A stretch of DNA of 64,000 bases from Podarcis bocagei (taxonomy: Eukaryota). The notes beneath the pieces were generated by a model. That model worked only from the letters and a program-made list of their open reading frames with translations. It was not told the origin of the DNA and made no database searches. The stretch lies in the NCBI GenBank assembly GCA_964188305.1, contig OZ076893.1, one strand, 5' to 3'. Below are positions 51,180 to 62,412 of this stretch, in pieces; the stretch's first letter is position 1; every line of letters starts with the position of its first letter. Made by a program: the position numbers and the translations under genes.

Positions 51180-52270
51180 CAAGAGGAGAGCTACTGTTAT
51201 GGATCAGGAAATGGTTAAGCAAGTGGGAAGCAGACAGTAGGAGTAAATTGACATCTTTCCAAACAGAGGGATGTACAGCGTTGAGTTCGCCAAGGATCGG
51301 TATTGGGAACTGTGCTTTTTAACTTGTTCACAAATGATCTAGAGTTAGGGGTGAGCATGAGGTGGCCAGGTCTGCTGATGATACTAAATTGTTCAGGGTC
51401 ATTAAAACAAAAAGAGATCGTGAAATGCTCTAAAAGGACTTCTCCAAACTAAGAGAATGAGTGGTAAAATGGCAAATGCAATTCAGTGTAAACAAATGTA
51501 AAGTGATGTGTGTTGAGTCAAAAAATAAAAATCTTAGGAATGAAGTTATATGGCTTTAGTAGAAAGGCTATAAGGAATTAAGTATAAATAGATTAATAGA
51601 GTATTAAAGGGAAAAATAAGGTTAGAATGTGTTAGGATAATTATAGGATAGAAAACAGAGGAAGATGGAAAGGAATTGCTGAAACAATTAAAAGAAGTGG
51701 AATACAAAAAGGGAGGTGTGAGGAGGTCGTGGAAATAAGTGAATGAAAGTTATGATATTGAAATTGTTTTGTGTCTTAAATGGTTTTTGTTTTTGTTTTG
51801 TTAATCTTATGTGTTAGTGTTTTGTAGTGTTTCTGTACTGTGTTGTATTGTTTTTTGTTTTTCCCCCCTTCTTTTCTTTTCCTGTTTCTTTTTTTTTGTA
51901 GTGTTGTGTTTAAACTGTTGTAAAATTAATAAATATTATTTTTTAAAAAATAATAAATAAAAATCTTAATTTCACATTTATGCTAGTGAGGTTTGAAGCG
52001 GCAGTGAATGAGAACTTGGAATCATAGCGAGTATCTTAAGGAAGATGTTGATCCTGTATTTGGCAGCTGTGAAAAAGGAAAATTTTGTGCTAGGGATTAT
52101 TAGTAAAGTTTTTCTTCCTCTCTCATAATGTTAGAACATCCAATGAATATGAATGCTGGAAGATTCAGGACAGATAAAAGGAAGTATGGGAAAGTTAAAC
52201 TGTGGGACTTGCTTAGATAGCTGCCATCTTGAATGGCTGTACAAATGCATTAGATAAACACATGGATAAA
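51180..52270 (+). mobile_element. Old CR1 LINE fragment split by an L1 3' UTR insertion
   Basis: QGSVLGTVLFNLFTNDLE, SADDTKLF, KWQMQFSVNKCKVM; resumes after 51955. Confidence 0.85.
51537..51954 (+). mobile_element. L1-type 3' UTR-only insertion
   Basis: 14-bp TSD AAATAAAAATCTTA at 51523-51536 and 51955-51968; T-rich tract, AATAAA, A-rich tail; shares motifs with the 27279 L1 UTR. Confidence 0.8.
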
Positions 52271-52789
52271 CACTGTTTATCTGGGAGCCTGTAGGCTTAC
52301 ACATTTGCACTAAGCCATGGTTTGTCTTAACATCTTAGCATGATGTGCAAACCAGGTTTCTGACTCCCATAGCTGTAACTCTGCTCTACAATATGGGGAT
52401 AATAATCCTTTGGGACAAATTCTTAGACTGGCATCCAAAACAACTGCAGGGCTACCAAAACTGTTGACAGTGACTAACATTACAATGATGTGTAATGTTA
52501 GGGCTCTTTCAGTGGAAACTTAGTAAAAGCTTGTTTTCTGTAATTGTTAGGAAGAACAAATGGAGTGGAGTTGTATACAAGAATGTGACTATTAAAGCTT
52601 TTCATCATTCCATTTTCACAATTTGCTTTGGCATTCTATATGCTTTAGTTATTAAGTCAAAGCTTTTCCCTAGGAACTTATGGTGATAAAAGTACTGCTT
52701 ATAGTGCCCTTCCTATGATATGAAGTATCTTTTCCTATGTACTGCTCATAGTTTCTGAGTAAGTCACTGTACTTTTCTTCTTTTTCTAG

Positions 52790-52934
52790 CAGTCTGGATC
52801 TGTTTCTCTGGGGACACCAGTGACTAGGAAAAAAGAGGATGAGGTATCAGTTGGAAGTACGCCTTTGGCTAAACAGCAATCAAATCAGGCCTCTGAATAT
52901 GCCAGCAGCCCTGTCAAAACAAAAACTGTAACAG
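52790..52934 (+). CDS. VPS13B: VPS13B internal coding exon, 145 bp, phase 0-1 (142 bp if the distal AG is used)
   Basis: Long pyrimidine tract, ttctag|CAGTCT...ACAG|gtatgt. Translates QSGSVSLGTPVTRKKEDEVSVGSTPLAKQQSNQASEYASSPVKTKTVT(E); partly seen in ORF 52820..53053. Confidence 0.95.
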
Positions 52935-53886
52935 GTATGTTTTGTTTTAAGTTAAATCAACCCATTCTCCAGGAACTTTTTTCCCCCTTGGCATGTGTAC
53001 ATTCCTGCAGGGTCAGGTGTACGTATCTGGACACATTTCTGCAGTTAATGTAGAAAGCTTCATATACAATTTCTGCAGTTTTAATGGATATATTTTCAGT
53101 TCAGTTCTACAATGTTAGATCGCATTTTCTAACTTTAATCCCAAATTATTTTTATAGTACTTCATTTTAATACATCATTGGGTCAGCTCAAGTTTGCTGG
53201 CCTCTCCAAAAAGATAGCTGTTCAGAGAATGCTTTAGTGAACATAGTGTATCTTAATTTTTTCAATGCTGTTGTATAAACAAGACACAATGTGGTATAAT
53301 GGCAAAGAGTGCTGTGTTTGGTTGCAGGAAACTTGAGCTGAAATCCACACTTTGCACTGAGGCTTGCAAGATGGGGGTTTTTTTTGCAAGTGTAGATGGA
53401 GATAGTATATTGTAAATAAAAGGTCACCTGGTACATAATGCAGGAGGGTTATTATATTGCATGCCATGCTTTTGGGCTTCTTGGAGGCACCTCTGGGAAA
53501 TGGGATGCTGGACTAGATAGACCTTTGGTCTGAAGCAACAGGGCTGCTTTATTTCCTTTCCCTTTACATTAACATCCCTTGAAGTAGAGGCTTCTCTGTT
53601 GGACGAAGTGGAGCATAGCCCGCCTGAGATTCTGAGCCACCCCAAACTCCAGAGCCACAGTCCAGTCTTTCTCCTGTCTCCCACAATCATTATTAATGCG
53701 TTTTCTACTGATTTAGAGGCTTCCTATATACTTTTGCCCATATCCTTTGGTTCGTCAATCAAAACAATCACCACCAGCAGGTTCCATCCCTTCTCCAGCA
53801 GCTCTCTCCCACAGAAATGACTTCAGTAGGGCAGTTGATTCTTTTGATGCTACTTAAGGAATGTTCAGTAACTTAATTTCTCTTTA

Positions 53887-54218
53887 CAGATAGGTAGCCG
53901 TGTTGGTCTGCCATAGTCAAAATTAAAAAAATTCCTTCCAGTAGCACCTTAAAGACCAACTAAGTTAGTTCTTGGCATGAGCTTTCGTGTGCATGCACAC
54001 TTCTTCAGATACACTGAAACAGAAGTTGCCAGATCCTTCTATATAGTGAGAAGGTGGGGAGGGGTATTACTCAGAAGGGTGGTGGGAATGGGAGATTGGC
54101 AGATAGCTGAGATGAGCCTGTTGACGACTCTTAACGACTGTAATAGGTCTTCCAGGAAAAGGCAAGGGGTGAGAAGGTGAAAAATGGCTTAATCATGTAT
54201 AATGAGATAAGAAATAAA
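53887..54218 (-). mobile_element. Penelope-like element terminal fragment
   Basis: 13-bp TSD TAATTTCTCTTTA at 53874-53886 and 54219-54231; minus-strand end ...GGTCTTTAAGGTGCTACTGG...GACCAACACGGCTACCTATCTG; contains a hammerhead motif. Confidence 0.85.
53975..54012 (-). ncRNA. Minimal type I hammerhead ribozyme motif
   Basis: Minus strand GUAU-CUGAAGA-A-GUGUG(CAUG)CACAC-GAAA-GC-UC-AUGC: both core boxes, stem II, palindromic AGCU stem III, UC cleavage site, and stem I GUAU/AUGC. Confidence 0.8.
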
Positions 54219-56265
54219 TAATTTCTCTTTATTTCTCAAGAAAAGTCTCAGAGAACCAAAGTGTTGATGGCTGCATTAGTGGAAGGGAATGCCCTGGGTT
54301 TTATGCCCTGCTGCTGTACTTTAGCGCAGCTGAGGGTTTGGCCACTCATCTCTTTTAATTCAGCTATGAAGAGAAAAGGCCACAACAAATGTCTTTAATT
54401 TGCTGTCTCATCTTTTGAGGAGAAGCTGTATCTTAAATCAACCCTAGAGATGGATGGAATCCGTTTCAAATTATTTAATGAAATTAATATTTGCTCATGA
54501 AGAAGGAAACTTTTCTTGGTGGGACTGATACATTTTTAAAACGTTTCCGTTATAATAACTTACTTTCTTTTACCAGCTCAACTTAAATCTGTTTCTTTTT
54601 CTGTTAATTGGATCTTTAGTTTTATTGTAAAATAATTCTGTGGAACTGAAACTTGCAATTAATGAGCAGCATATGGTAGATTTTATTCTCTTAGGAGATT
54701 GTTTGGTTTGATAGCTGTTAGACTTTATTGTAATTTTTTGGACTGTTTGCATTTGTTGATTTAAAAGTCTGCTGCTACCTATCAAACCTTAAAATTAAGA
54801 TAGCAAAGATTTTTGGAGCCCATTTTTATGCATGCTAACTTGAAAGCCCCAGTGAGTTCAATGGGGAAATATTCCCAAGTGAGTGGGCATAAATTGCAGC
54901 CTTAATTTCACAAAAATTGTATATTTTAGAAAACTCTTGAGTGATTAACAAAATGTCCTGTGCACTGTCTTAAAAGTCCTTTATGACTTTCAGTTACAAC
55001 ATGAGTCTTAGGGAGCTGTCTTGAGAACTGCTAGAAACTGATATTGTATATTGTGCTCTGTGATGGCAACTTTGGTCGCAGCTGGTATATAGCTTAAACT
55101 CCTGTTCTTTGATTCTAGTAGTTTGGGAAGTAATGGAAACTGAAACCTTGTTAGAAATAAAGGGTGGGAAAATATGATTTACTCGGGAAATAATAATAAA
55201 AAGCCCAATGTTTTACAAACACACAGAGACACACAGCTCTTGCCCTTGCTCTCAAAATAAATGGCCTTGTCTCTTCTGAATTCCCAATAATTTTCTCAGC
55301 TGACATTTTCTTGTCCCTCTGCTGTTTGGAGACAAACAAAGGTTATGTCATCTTGAGGTCAAGACTTGCCACTTTGAAAATATTCCCTAGTTCCGTGTTT
55401 CCGTTACTGAGCATTCAGCAGAGAGCATTCCACCCAGACATATATCACTTTTTAAATATGGTGGAGCTTTTTATAAGTTCAGCAAAAGTTTTTGTGCCTG
55501 TAAACTATTTTTATTGTTTGATCAGTATACAATAAGAGTTGAACATTTTCACAAAGAGGTGTTTTAACAAAATGACCCACTATAGTCCTTAGGTATCTTC
55601 ACTTACTTTGAGCTTTTAGCAATGTGATTTCTCAAAATGAAAAATGTATAGGGAAACTACTTCCCTTCATTTCAAGAGATACTGGAAATGACCACCACCT
55701 CCAGTATGCAGTTTTCAGTCCATGGCTAGAAGTTGTCAGTGGCTGAACAGAATATGTGAATTCTTATCTTCTTTTTTAAAATTTTGTTGGACTCCTGCCA
55801 TCCTTCTCCATTGGCCATGCTGGCTGGGGCTGATGGAGCTTGTAATCCAGTATCTGCAAGCATCATGATGGCTGTTCCTTGGATTAGAAAATTGGCTACG
55901 CAGAGGGAACCTTTAACCCTTTCCCTTGCCTGCTCTGCCCTGAATCCTTTAGTGTGCATGAGGACATCCTAACTGGCACCTCTATAAGGAAATTCAAAAG
56001 GTGCTGCCGGCAATTTAACCTCCATATCTTATGTATCACAGTCATGAGGGAATAAAATGTGGATACTTTAGGAGACTAATTAGATTGTGAGACTTTTATA
56101 GTCTTTCTGCAACACTTAGTGGGGTTTGAGGTATCTTAGAGTATGGTGTGTAAGTGTATGGTTAAGTCTGAGCCCTGAAAGTGACATGTTCAGTCCAGCC
56201 CTGACTGATGGAGGCAGTGATATATGGAAATAATTCAAACTTTCATCCATGCTTTGTAATGCGAT

Positions 56266-57873
56266 ATTAATAAATTAATAATAATAATAAATTTTATTTA
56301 TATCCCGCCCTCCCCAGCCGAAGCCGGGCTCAGGGCGGCTAACAACACTAAAATAGTGCAACATTATAAAAACATCAAAGAATTAATTAAAATCAAAATT
56401 GATGGCAACCATAAACTAAAGTATTGTAAAGATTGCCAAAGGAGGGAGTCAGGCTGCGCCCTGACCAAAGGCCTGGTGGAACAGCTCTGTCTTGCAGGCC
56501 CTGCGGAAAGATGTCAAGTCCTGGAGGGCCCTTGTCTCTTGTGACAGAGCGTTCCACCAGGTTGGAGCCGCAGCCGAAAAAGCCCTGGCTCTAGTTGAGG
56601 CCAGCCTAACCTCTCTGAGGCCTGGGACCTTCAAGATGTTTTTATTTGAAGACCGTAAGTTCCTCTGTGGGGCATACCAGGAGAGGCGGTCCCGTAGATA
56701 CGAGGGTCCTAGGCCGTATAGGGCTTTGAAGGTTAAAACCAGCACCTTAAACCTGATCCTTTACTCCACCGGGAGCCAGTGCAGCTGGTATAGCACCGGA
56801 TGAATGTGATCCCGCAGCGAAGACCCCGTAAGGAGTCTCGCGGCATTCTGCACCCGCTGGAGTTGCTGGGTCAGTCTCAGGGGCAGCCCCACGTAGAGCG
56901 AGTTACAATAATCCAGTCTGGAGGTGACCGTCGCGTGGATCACAGTGGCTAGGTCAGGGCGAGAGAGGTAAGGAGCCAACTGCTTAGCTTGGCGGAGATG
57001 AAAAAATGCCGCCTTTGTTATAGCTGCAATCTGCGCCTCCATGGAGAGGGAGGTATCGAAGATTACACCCAAACTCTTAACGGACGGTGCTGGCACTAAT
57101 TGCACCCCCGCAAGAGATGGGAGTTGCCCCCTCAATCCCATATCGTCCCGTCCCAGCCAGAGGACCTCTGTCTTCGAAGGATTTAACTTCAACCGGCTCC
57201 CACGTAACCATCCAGCCACAGCTTCCAAGCATCTGATCAGTGTGTCTGGGGCCGAGTCAGGATGGCCATCCATCAACAGATAGAGTTGGGTGTCATCAGC
57301 ATACTGATGGCAGCCCAGCCCAAAACTCCGGACAAGCTGGGCGAGGGGGCGCATAAAGATGTTAAAAAGCATCGGGGAGAGTATCGCACCCTGGGGCACT
57401 CCACACACCAAGGAGTGGCGGGATGACAGTTCCCTCCCAAGCGCCACCCTCTGTCCCCGACCAGAGAGAAACGAGCGCAGCCATCGAAGGACTGTGCCCT
57501 GGATCCCCACGTCGGCAAGGCGGTGGTCCAGGAGTTCGTGATCGACCATGTCGAAGGCTGCTGACAGGTCTAGAAGAATCAGCAGCCCCGAGCCGCCTCG
57601 ATCCAGCTGCCTGCGGAGATCATCTGTTAGGGCGACCAGAGCCGTCTCGGTCCCATGACCAGCGCGGAAGCCGGACTGGAATGGATCCAGAGCCGATGTT
57701 TCATCCAGAAACCTACCAAGCTGTTCAGCAACCGCTCTCTCAATCACCTTACCCAGGAATGGAAGATTCGAAACTGGGCGGTAATTGGATAGATCTAAGG
57801 GGTCTAATGATGTTTTCTTTAAGAGCGGACGCACCACTGCCTCCTTCAATTCCCCTGGGAATGTCCCGGTGCC
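56266..57873 (-). mobile_element. Young L2 LINE, 5'-truncated, RT domain nearly intact
   Basis: ORF 56761..57849 (NYRPVSNLPF, LDLSAAFD, GVPQGAILSPMLF, YADD) continues in frame into 56449..56745 across a single TAA (TAC in the sister copy). (ATT)n tail. Possible TSD AATGCGAT / AATGTGAT. Confidence 0.95.
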
Positions 57874-60209
57874 AATGTGATTTTTCTGTACAATAAAATT
57901 TATTCATGATAAAATTGCATCGTTATGTTATGCTCCTCCTTTAAGCTTTTTAAAAATAAATTACAGTTGATTTATATTCCCTCTCCTGTTTCACTTTTGT
58001 GAGTGACATTCCCACACCTCCACTTCACCTCTGTGACTAAATCCCACCCACCCCTTTCTTTCCTTGCTGGGTTTGTCACAATCCTAAAAGGATTTCACAT
58101 CCTAATTAAGAGGAAAGAGGTTTGTTTAACATTGGGGTTGATGTAATACTTAATTGCAGAAGTACATGCAGTCCTGTGACCCTCTAGCAATTGAAAAACC
58201 CCTAACCATTACATCTACACCACCTCTTTGAATGGAGGAAGGGTGTTGCAGAAGTAAATAGAGTGAGCACTAATAAGTTGGGGCAACTGGAGCATTAAAA
58301 CTAGCTGGAAAATACCCAGAAAATTCAGGGATTCAGTGTTGGGCATTTGATCCTTCATAATTATTTTTTCTTGGTTTTGTTTTGTATAAACCTAGCAAGC
58401 AGACACAATTTGAATACAAAAGTGGATTCATTCTTAAACTTAAATGCTAAGACTTTGGTAGGCTGTGAAATCTGTTGGCAGAAGGGAAGCACTTAAGTTA
58501 GGAGATCACACATTTCCGTTTAGTTAACTGAAGGGCTATTGTTTGTGTGTGCCTGCTGTGCAGTGGATGCTTGAACAAGGATGCTTTAGGTGGGTGAAGA
58601 ATGTTAACTCGACATGAAAGAGCGCAATATTTTTATTTAAATCTGATATTTCCCACAAGATTTGGAGTGGGGGAAGAACTTTTTCCGGTGTGTTTTTCAC
58701 ATGCTGGCAGTAATCCATCAAAACAAGCCCAACCATGCTGTTTCGTAAAGATTCTGTTTTTGTCCTGCATACTAGTGACCACAAGTTTTTATTCATATTG
58801 ATGCGGAGCACATTGTACTGCTTTCTCTTTTGTGTATCAACATCTTCATCCTTGGGAGCTGGTGAAAGGCACCATCAATGATTAAAAGCAGAAGTATTTC
58901 TCTTACACAAAACTTATGCAAAATAACTTTTAGCAAAGGCAGCTTTTACAACTCAATAAAGTATGGAAACCATAAGATGCTTGGTTCAGGAAAAAAAGGG
59001 GGGAAGTGTACCAGAAATTCAGGGATCTTGTTGGGGTTGTTCTGTCAGCAGTTTGCATACATAATAAAATCTACCCATTCACCACAGAAAATGTCTACTT
59101 TGCTCCCAAGGCAGTCAGACCTTTCGTGCTGTCTTTTCATACATTGTGAAGACACAGAGCTTATCATACCATCTATCATTGTGCCTTCCAAGGTTTTCCA
59201 AAACCGTATGATTACAAGTCTGCCCCTTACTTTACTTTTAAGATTTTTGTTTTGTCCATCTGAGATGTTTAGCAAAGTCAGCGTAGAAATAGAAAAAGAG
59301 CTGGTTTAGTGATCATGTTAATTTCCAAGAACTCTTTCCCCACAAGTTTGCCACACAAGGGTATTCCAATCCCAACAAAGTTAGTAATATGGCAACACTA
59401 GCAAATCGGAAAAATGTTTTTATTTATGTAAGATAACTTACCGGTACATAATTACTGGAGTGTAATGCCAATGATACACAGTTTTTTACATAGTTTCCTT
59501 TAGTTACGTGGAGATCAATGTTAACTGCCTACTACCCCAAGCTTGTTCCACGCTACAAAAGTTAAGCAATTGATTTAACATAGTGCACAATTACTCTGTC
59601 ATTGTAATTTATGTTGATATTTATTGAAATTTACTATTGTCTTTTAATTTTGTTGTCCTCATTCTTTGATAAAAGATACTTGGAAGATATGATGTAATTG
59701 TAGAGGATCTATAAATGTGATATCCTGCTTGTTATGTGCTTGAAAGAGTCGTGCTATTTATAAATAAGCAAATAATAAAATTATGAATAAAATGCATGTA
59801 CAGATAGCATCAATTTTTAAGGAATGTGATATAAATTGAAGAGACTTCCTAGATTTGATAACCAAACTGCTGAATTGCTAATTCGGGTTCTTTGGCACAA
59901 TTGAGGCTAAAATCTCCCTCTTATTTGCCAAATGTTTTTGTACTAAATTATTTGAATGTAACCACTAGCTTTATGAAATGGTGGAATTCTATTGGAATAT
60001 TTTAAAAATCTGACTTTTCCACAATTGTTCATTTAGTTCAATTCAACTAAGGCCTGTTGAAACTAATGGAATAAGTTACTTCTGATTAATTAGAGACATA
60101 GGTTTCAATAGAACTTGTGGTGACTAACTTTGGTTAGATTATGCTACTATTCACCATGTAAAACAAACTTAAGTTCTCAAATGTATTCTATTGTCCTTTT
60201 ATTTTTAAG

Positions 60210-60340
60210 AATCGCGACCTTTATCAGTTCCAGTGAAAGCCATGCTGAGCTCATCTGAAAGCTGCAGCAGAAGTCCTGAGGAAAAGATGAAAGAATTTAT
60301 TGGGGTATTGTGGAATGCAGTCAAGCGCCTTACACTTCAG
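60210..60340 (+). CDS. VPS13B: VPS13B internal coding exon, 131 bp, phase 1-0
   Basis: atttttaag|AATCGCG...CTTCAG|gtaaga. Translates (E)SRPLSVPVKAMLSSSESCSRSPEEKMKEFIGVLWNAVKRLTLQ, in frame with the previous exon. Confidence 0.95.
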
Positions 60341-60867
60341 GTAAGATGCTGGGGGGGGGGGTGAGAGAGAGAATGGAATATTTGAAATACTTAATACTTT
60401 CTAGGATTTTAGCTTATATTTTGAAACCCTTGTAAGATAAGTTCCCAGTGTTTGTTTATATAAGAAATGATGAAGCCAGTCTTAAGCACTTTAAGCCCCT
60501 TTGGTTGAAACAAGAGAGTTAAGTATGGTCTTCTGCACATTGTCTTGTGTGTGGTCACATGTAGCAATACCGGTGCATTGACTGTGAGCTTTCTGCAGTG
60601 CCTTGTTTGTTTGTATATTTTGCACAATATCTCATGGTCATTTATAAGCAGCAGATTAGCGCTGCTTTTAAGAACTCCCATCATCCAAATATCCAGTCAG
60701 ACTGCAACCTATGACTATCTTTTGATTTAAGAAAATAAATTAAGCTTACAGGTTGTAGTGGGAACCAGGCAAACAGTGCTCTGACTCCAGTGTACAACAG
60801 ACTTTTGCTCCATTGCATTTCCTGTTCACTTGTATTTGTAAAGCATAGATTTCCAACTCCTACAGAT

Positions 60868-62412
60868 TAATAATAATAATAATAATAATAATTTTTTATT
60901 TATACCCCGCCCTCCCCAGCCAAGGCCGGGCTCAGAGCGGCTTACAAGCAATAATAAAAACAAGATGAGTGATTACAACTTAAAAACAAAAATAAAATAC
61001 AACATTAAAATAATGGAACATTAAAATATTAAAATGGAGCCTCATTGCAGGAGAAGGAAAAGAAAAAAGAAAAAGGGGGCAGAGGGAATCAAATTGGCTC
61101 CAATCCAAAGGCCAGGCGGAACAACTCTGTCTTACAGGCCCTGCGGAAAGAGATCAGATCCTGCAGGGCCCTGGTCTCATGAGACAGAGCGTTCCACCAA
61201 GTTGGGGCCAGTGCTGAAAAGGCCCTGGCTCTGGTTGAAGCCAATCTAACTTCCTTAGGGCCTGGGACCACTAGGGTGTTGTTATTTATGGACCTTGAGG
61301 CTCTCCGTGGGGCATACCAGGCGAGGCGGTCCCGTAGGTACGAGGGTCCTAGGCCGTGAAGGGCTTTAAAGGTCAAAAGCAGCACCTTAAATCTGACCCT
61401 GTACTCCACCGGGAGCCAGTGCAGCTTGAAAAGCACTGGATGAATATGCTCCCATGGCAGAGACCCTGTGAGGAGCCTCGCTGCAGCATTCTGTACCCGC
61501 TGGAGTTTCTGGGACAGCTTCAAGGGCAGCCCCGCGTAGAGCGAGTTACAGTAGTCAAGCCTGGAGATGACTGTCGCATGGATCACTGTGGCCAGGTCGG
61601 GGCGGGAAAGGTAAGGGACCAACTGCTTGATGCGGCGAAGGTGGAAAAATGTCGCCTTGGCTGTTGCTGTGACTTGCGCCTCCATGGAAAGGGAGGCGTC
61701 AAGGATTACACCCAAACTCTTAACGGAAGGCAATGGCACTAATTGGGCCCCCGCAAGAGAAGGGAGTTGGTCCCTCATCCCCATGCTATCCCGACCTAGC
61801 CATAGGACCTCTGTCTTCGAAGGATTTAGTTTCAATCGGCTCCCACGAAACCATCCAGCCACAGCTTCCAAGCATCTGGTCAGTGTGTAAGGGGCTGAGT
61901 TGGTGTGGCCATCCATCAGTAGATAGAGCTGAGTGTCATCAGCATATTGATGACAGCCCAGCCCAAAGCTCCGGATAATCTGGGCAAGAGGGCGCATAAA
62001 GATGATTAAAAAGCATTGGGGAGAGAATTGCGCCCTGCGGCACTCCACACACTAAGGAGTGGCGTGATGACATTTCCTTCCCTAGTGCCACCCTCTGTCC
62101 CCGACCAGAGATAAAAGAGCACAACCAGTTACGGGCTATGCCCTGTATCCCCACGTCTGCAAGGCGATGGTCCAGAAGATCATGATCGACCATGTCAAAG
62201 GCTGCTGACAAATCTAAAAGGATCAGCAGTCCTGACCCGCCTCGATCCAGTTGTCTACGGATATCATCTGTTAGGGCAACCAGAGCCGTCTCCGTCCCAA
62301 AACCAGGACGGAAACCGGACTGAAATGGATCTAATGCTGATGTTTCCTCCAGAAACCTACCAAGCTGTTCAGCAACCGCTCTCTCAATTACCTTACCCAG
62401 GTATGGAAGATT
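60868..62412 (-). mobile_element. Young L2 LINE, 5'-truncated, sister subfamily
   Basis: ORFs 61939..62499 and 61089..62048 are joined by a +1 frameshift near 62005; YADD intact; (ATT)n tail; AGATT at both ends. Confidence 0.95.

Noticed and set aside
56761-57849. 362-aa reverse transcriptase ORF as a novel or domesticated gene, or a retron-like system
   Set aside because: It is a 5'-truncated L2 LINE ORF2 with a nonsense codon, an L2 tail, and a sister copy about 3 kb away.
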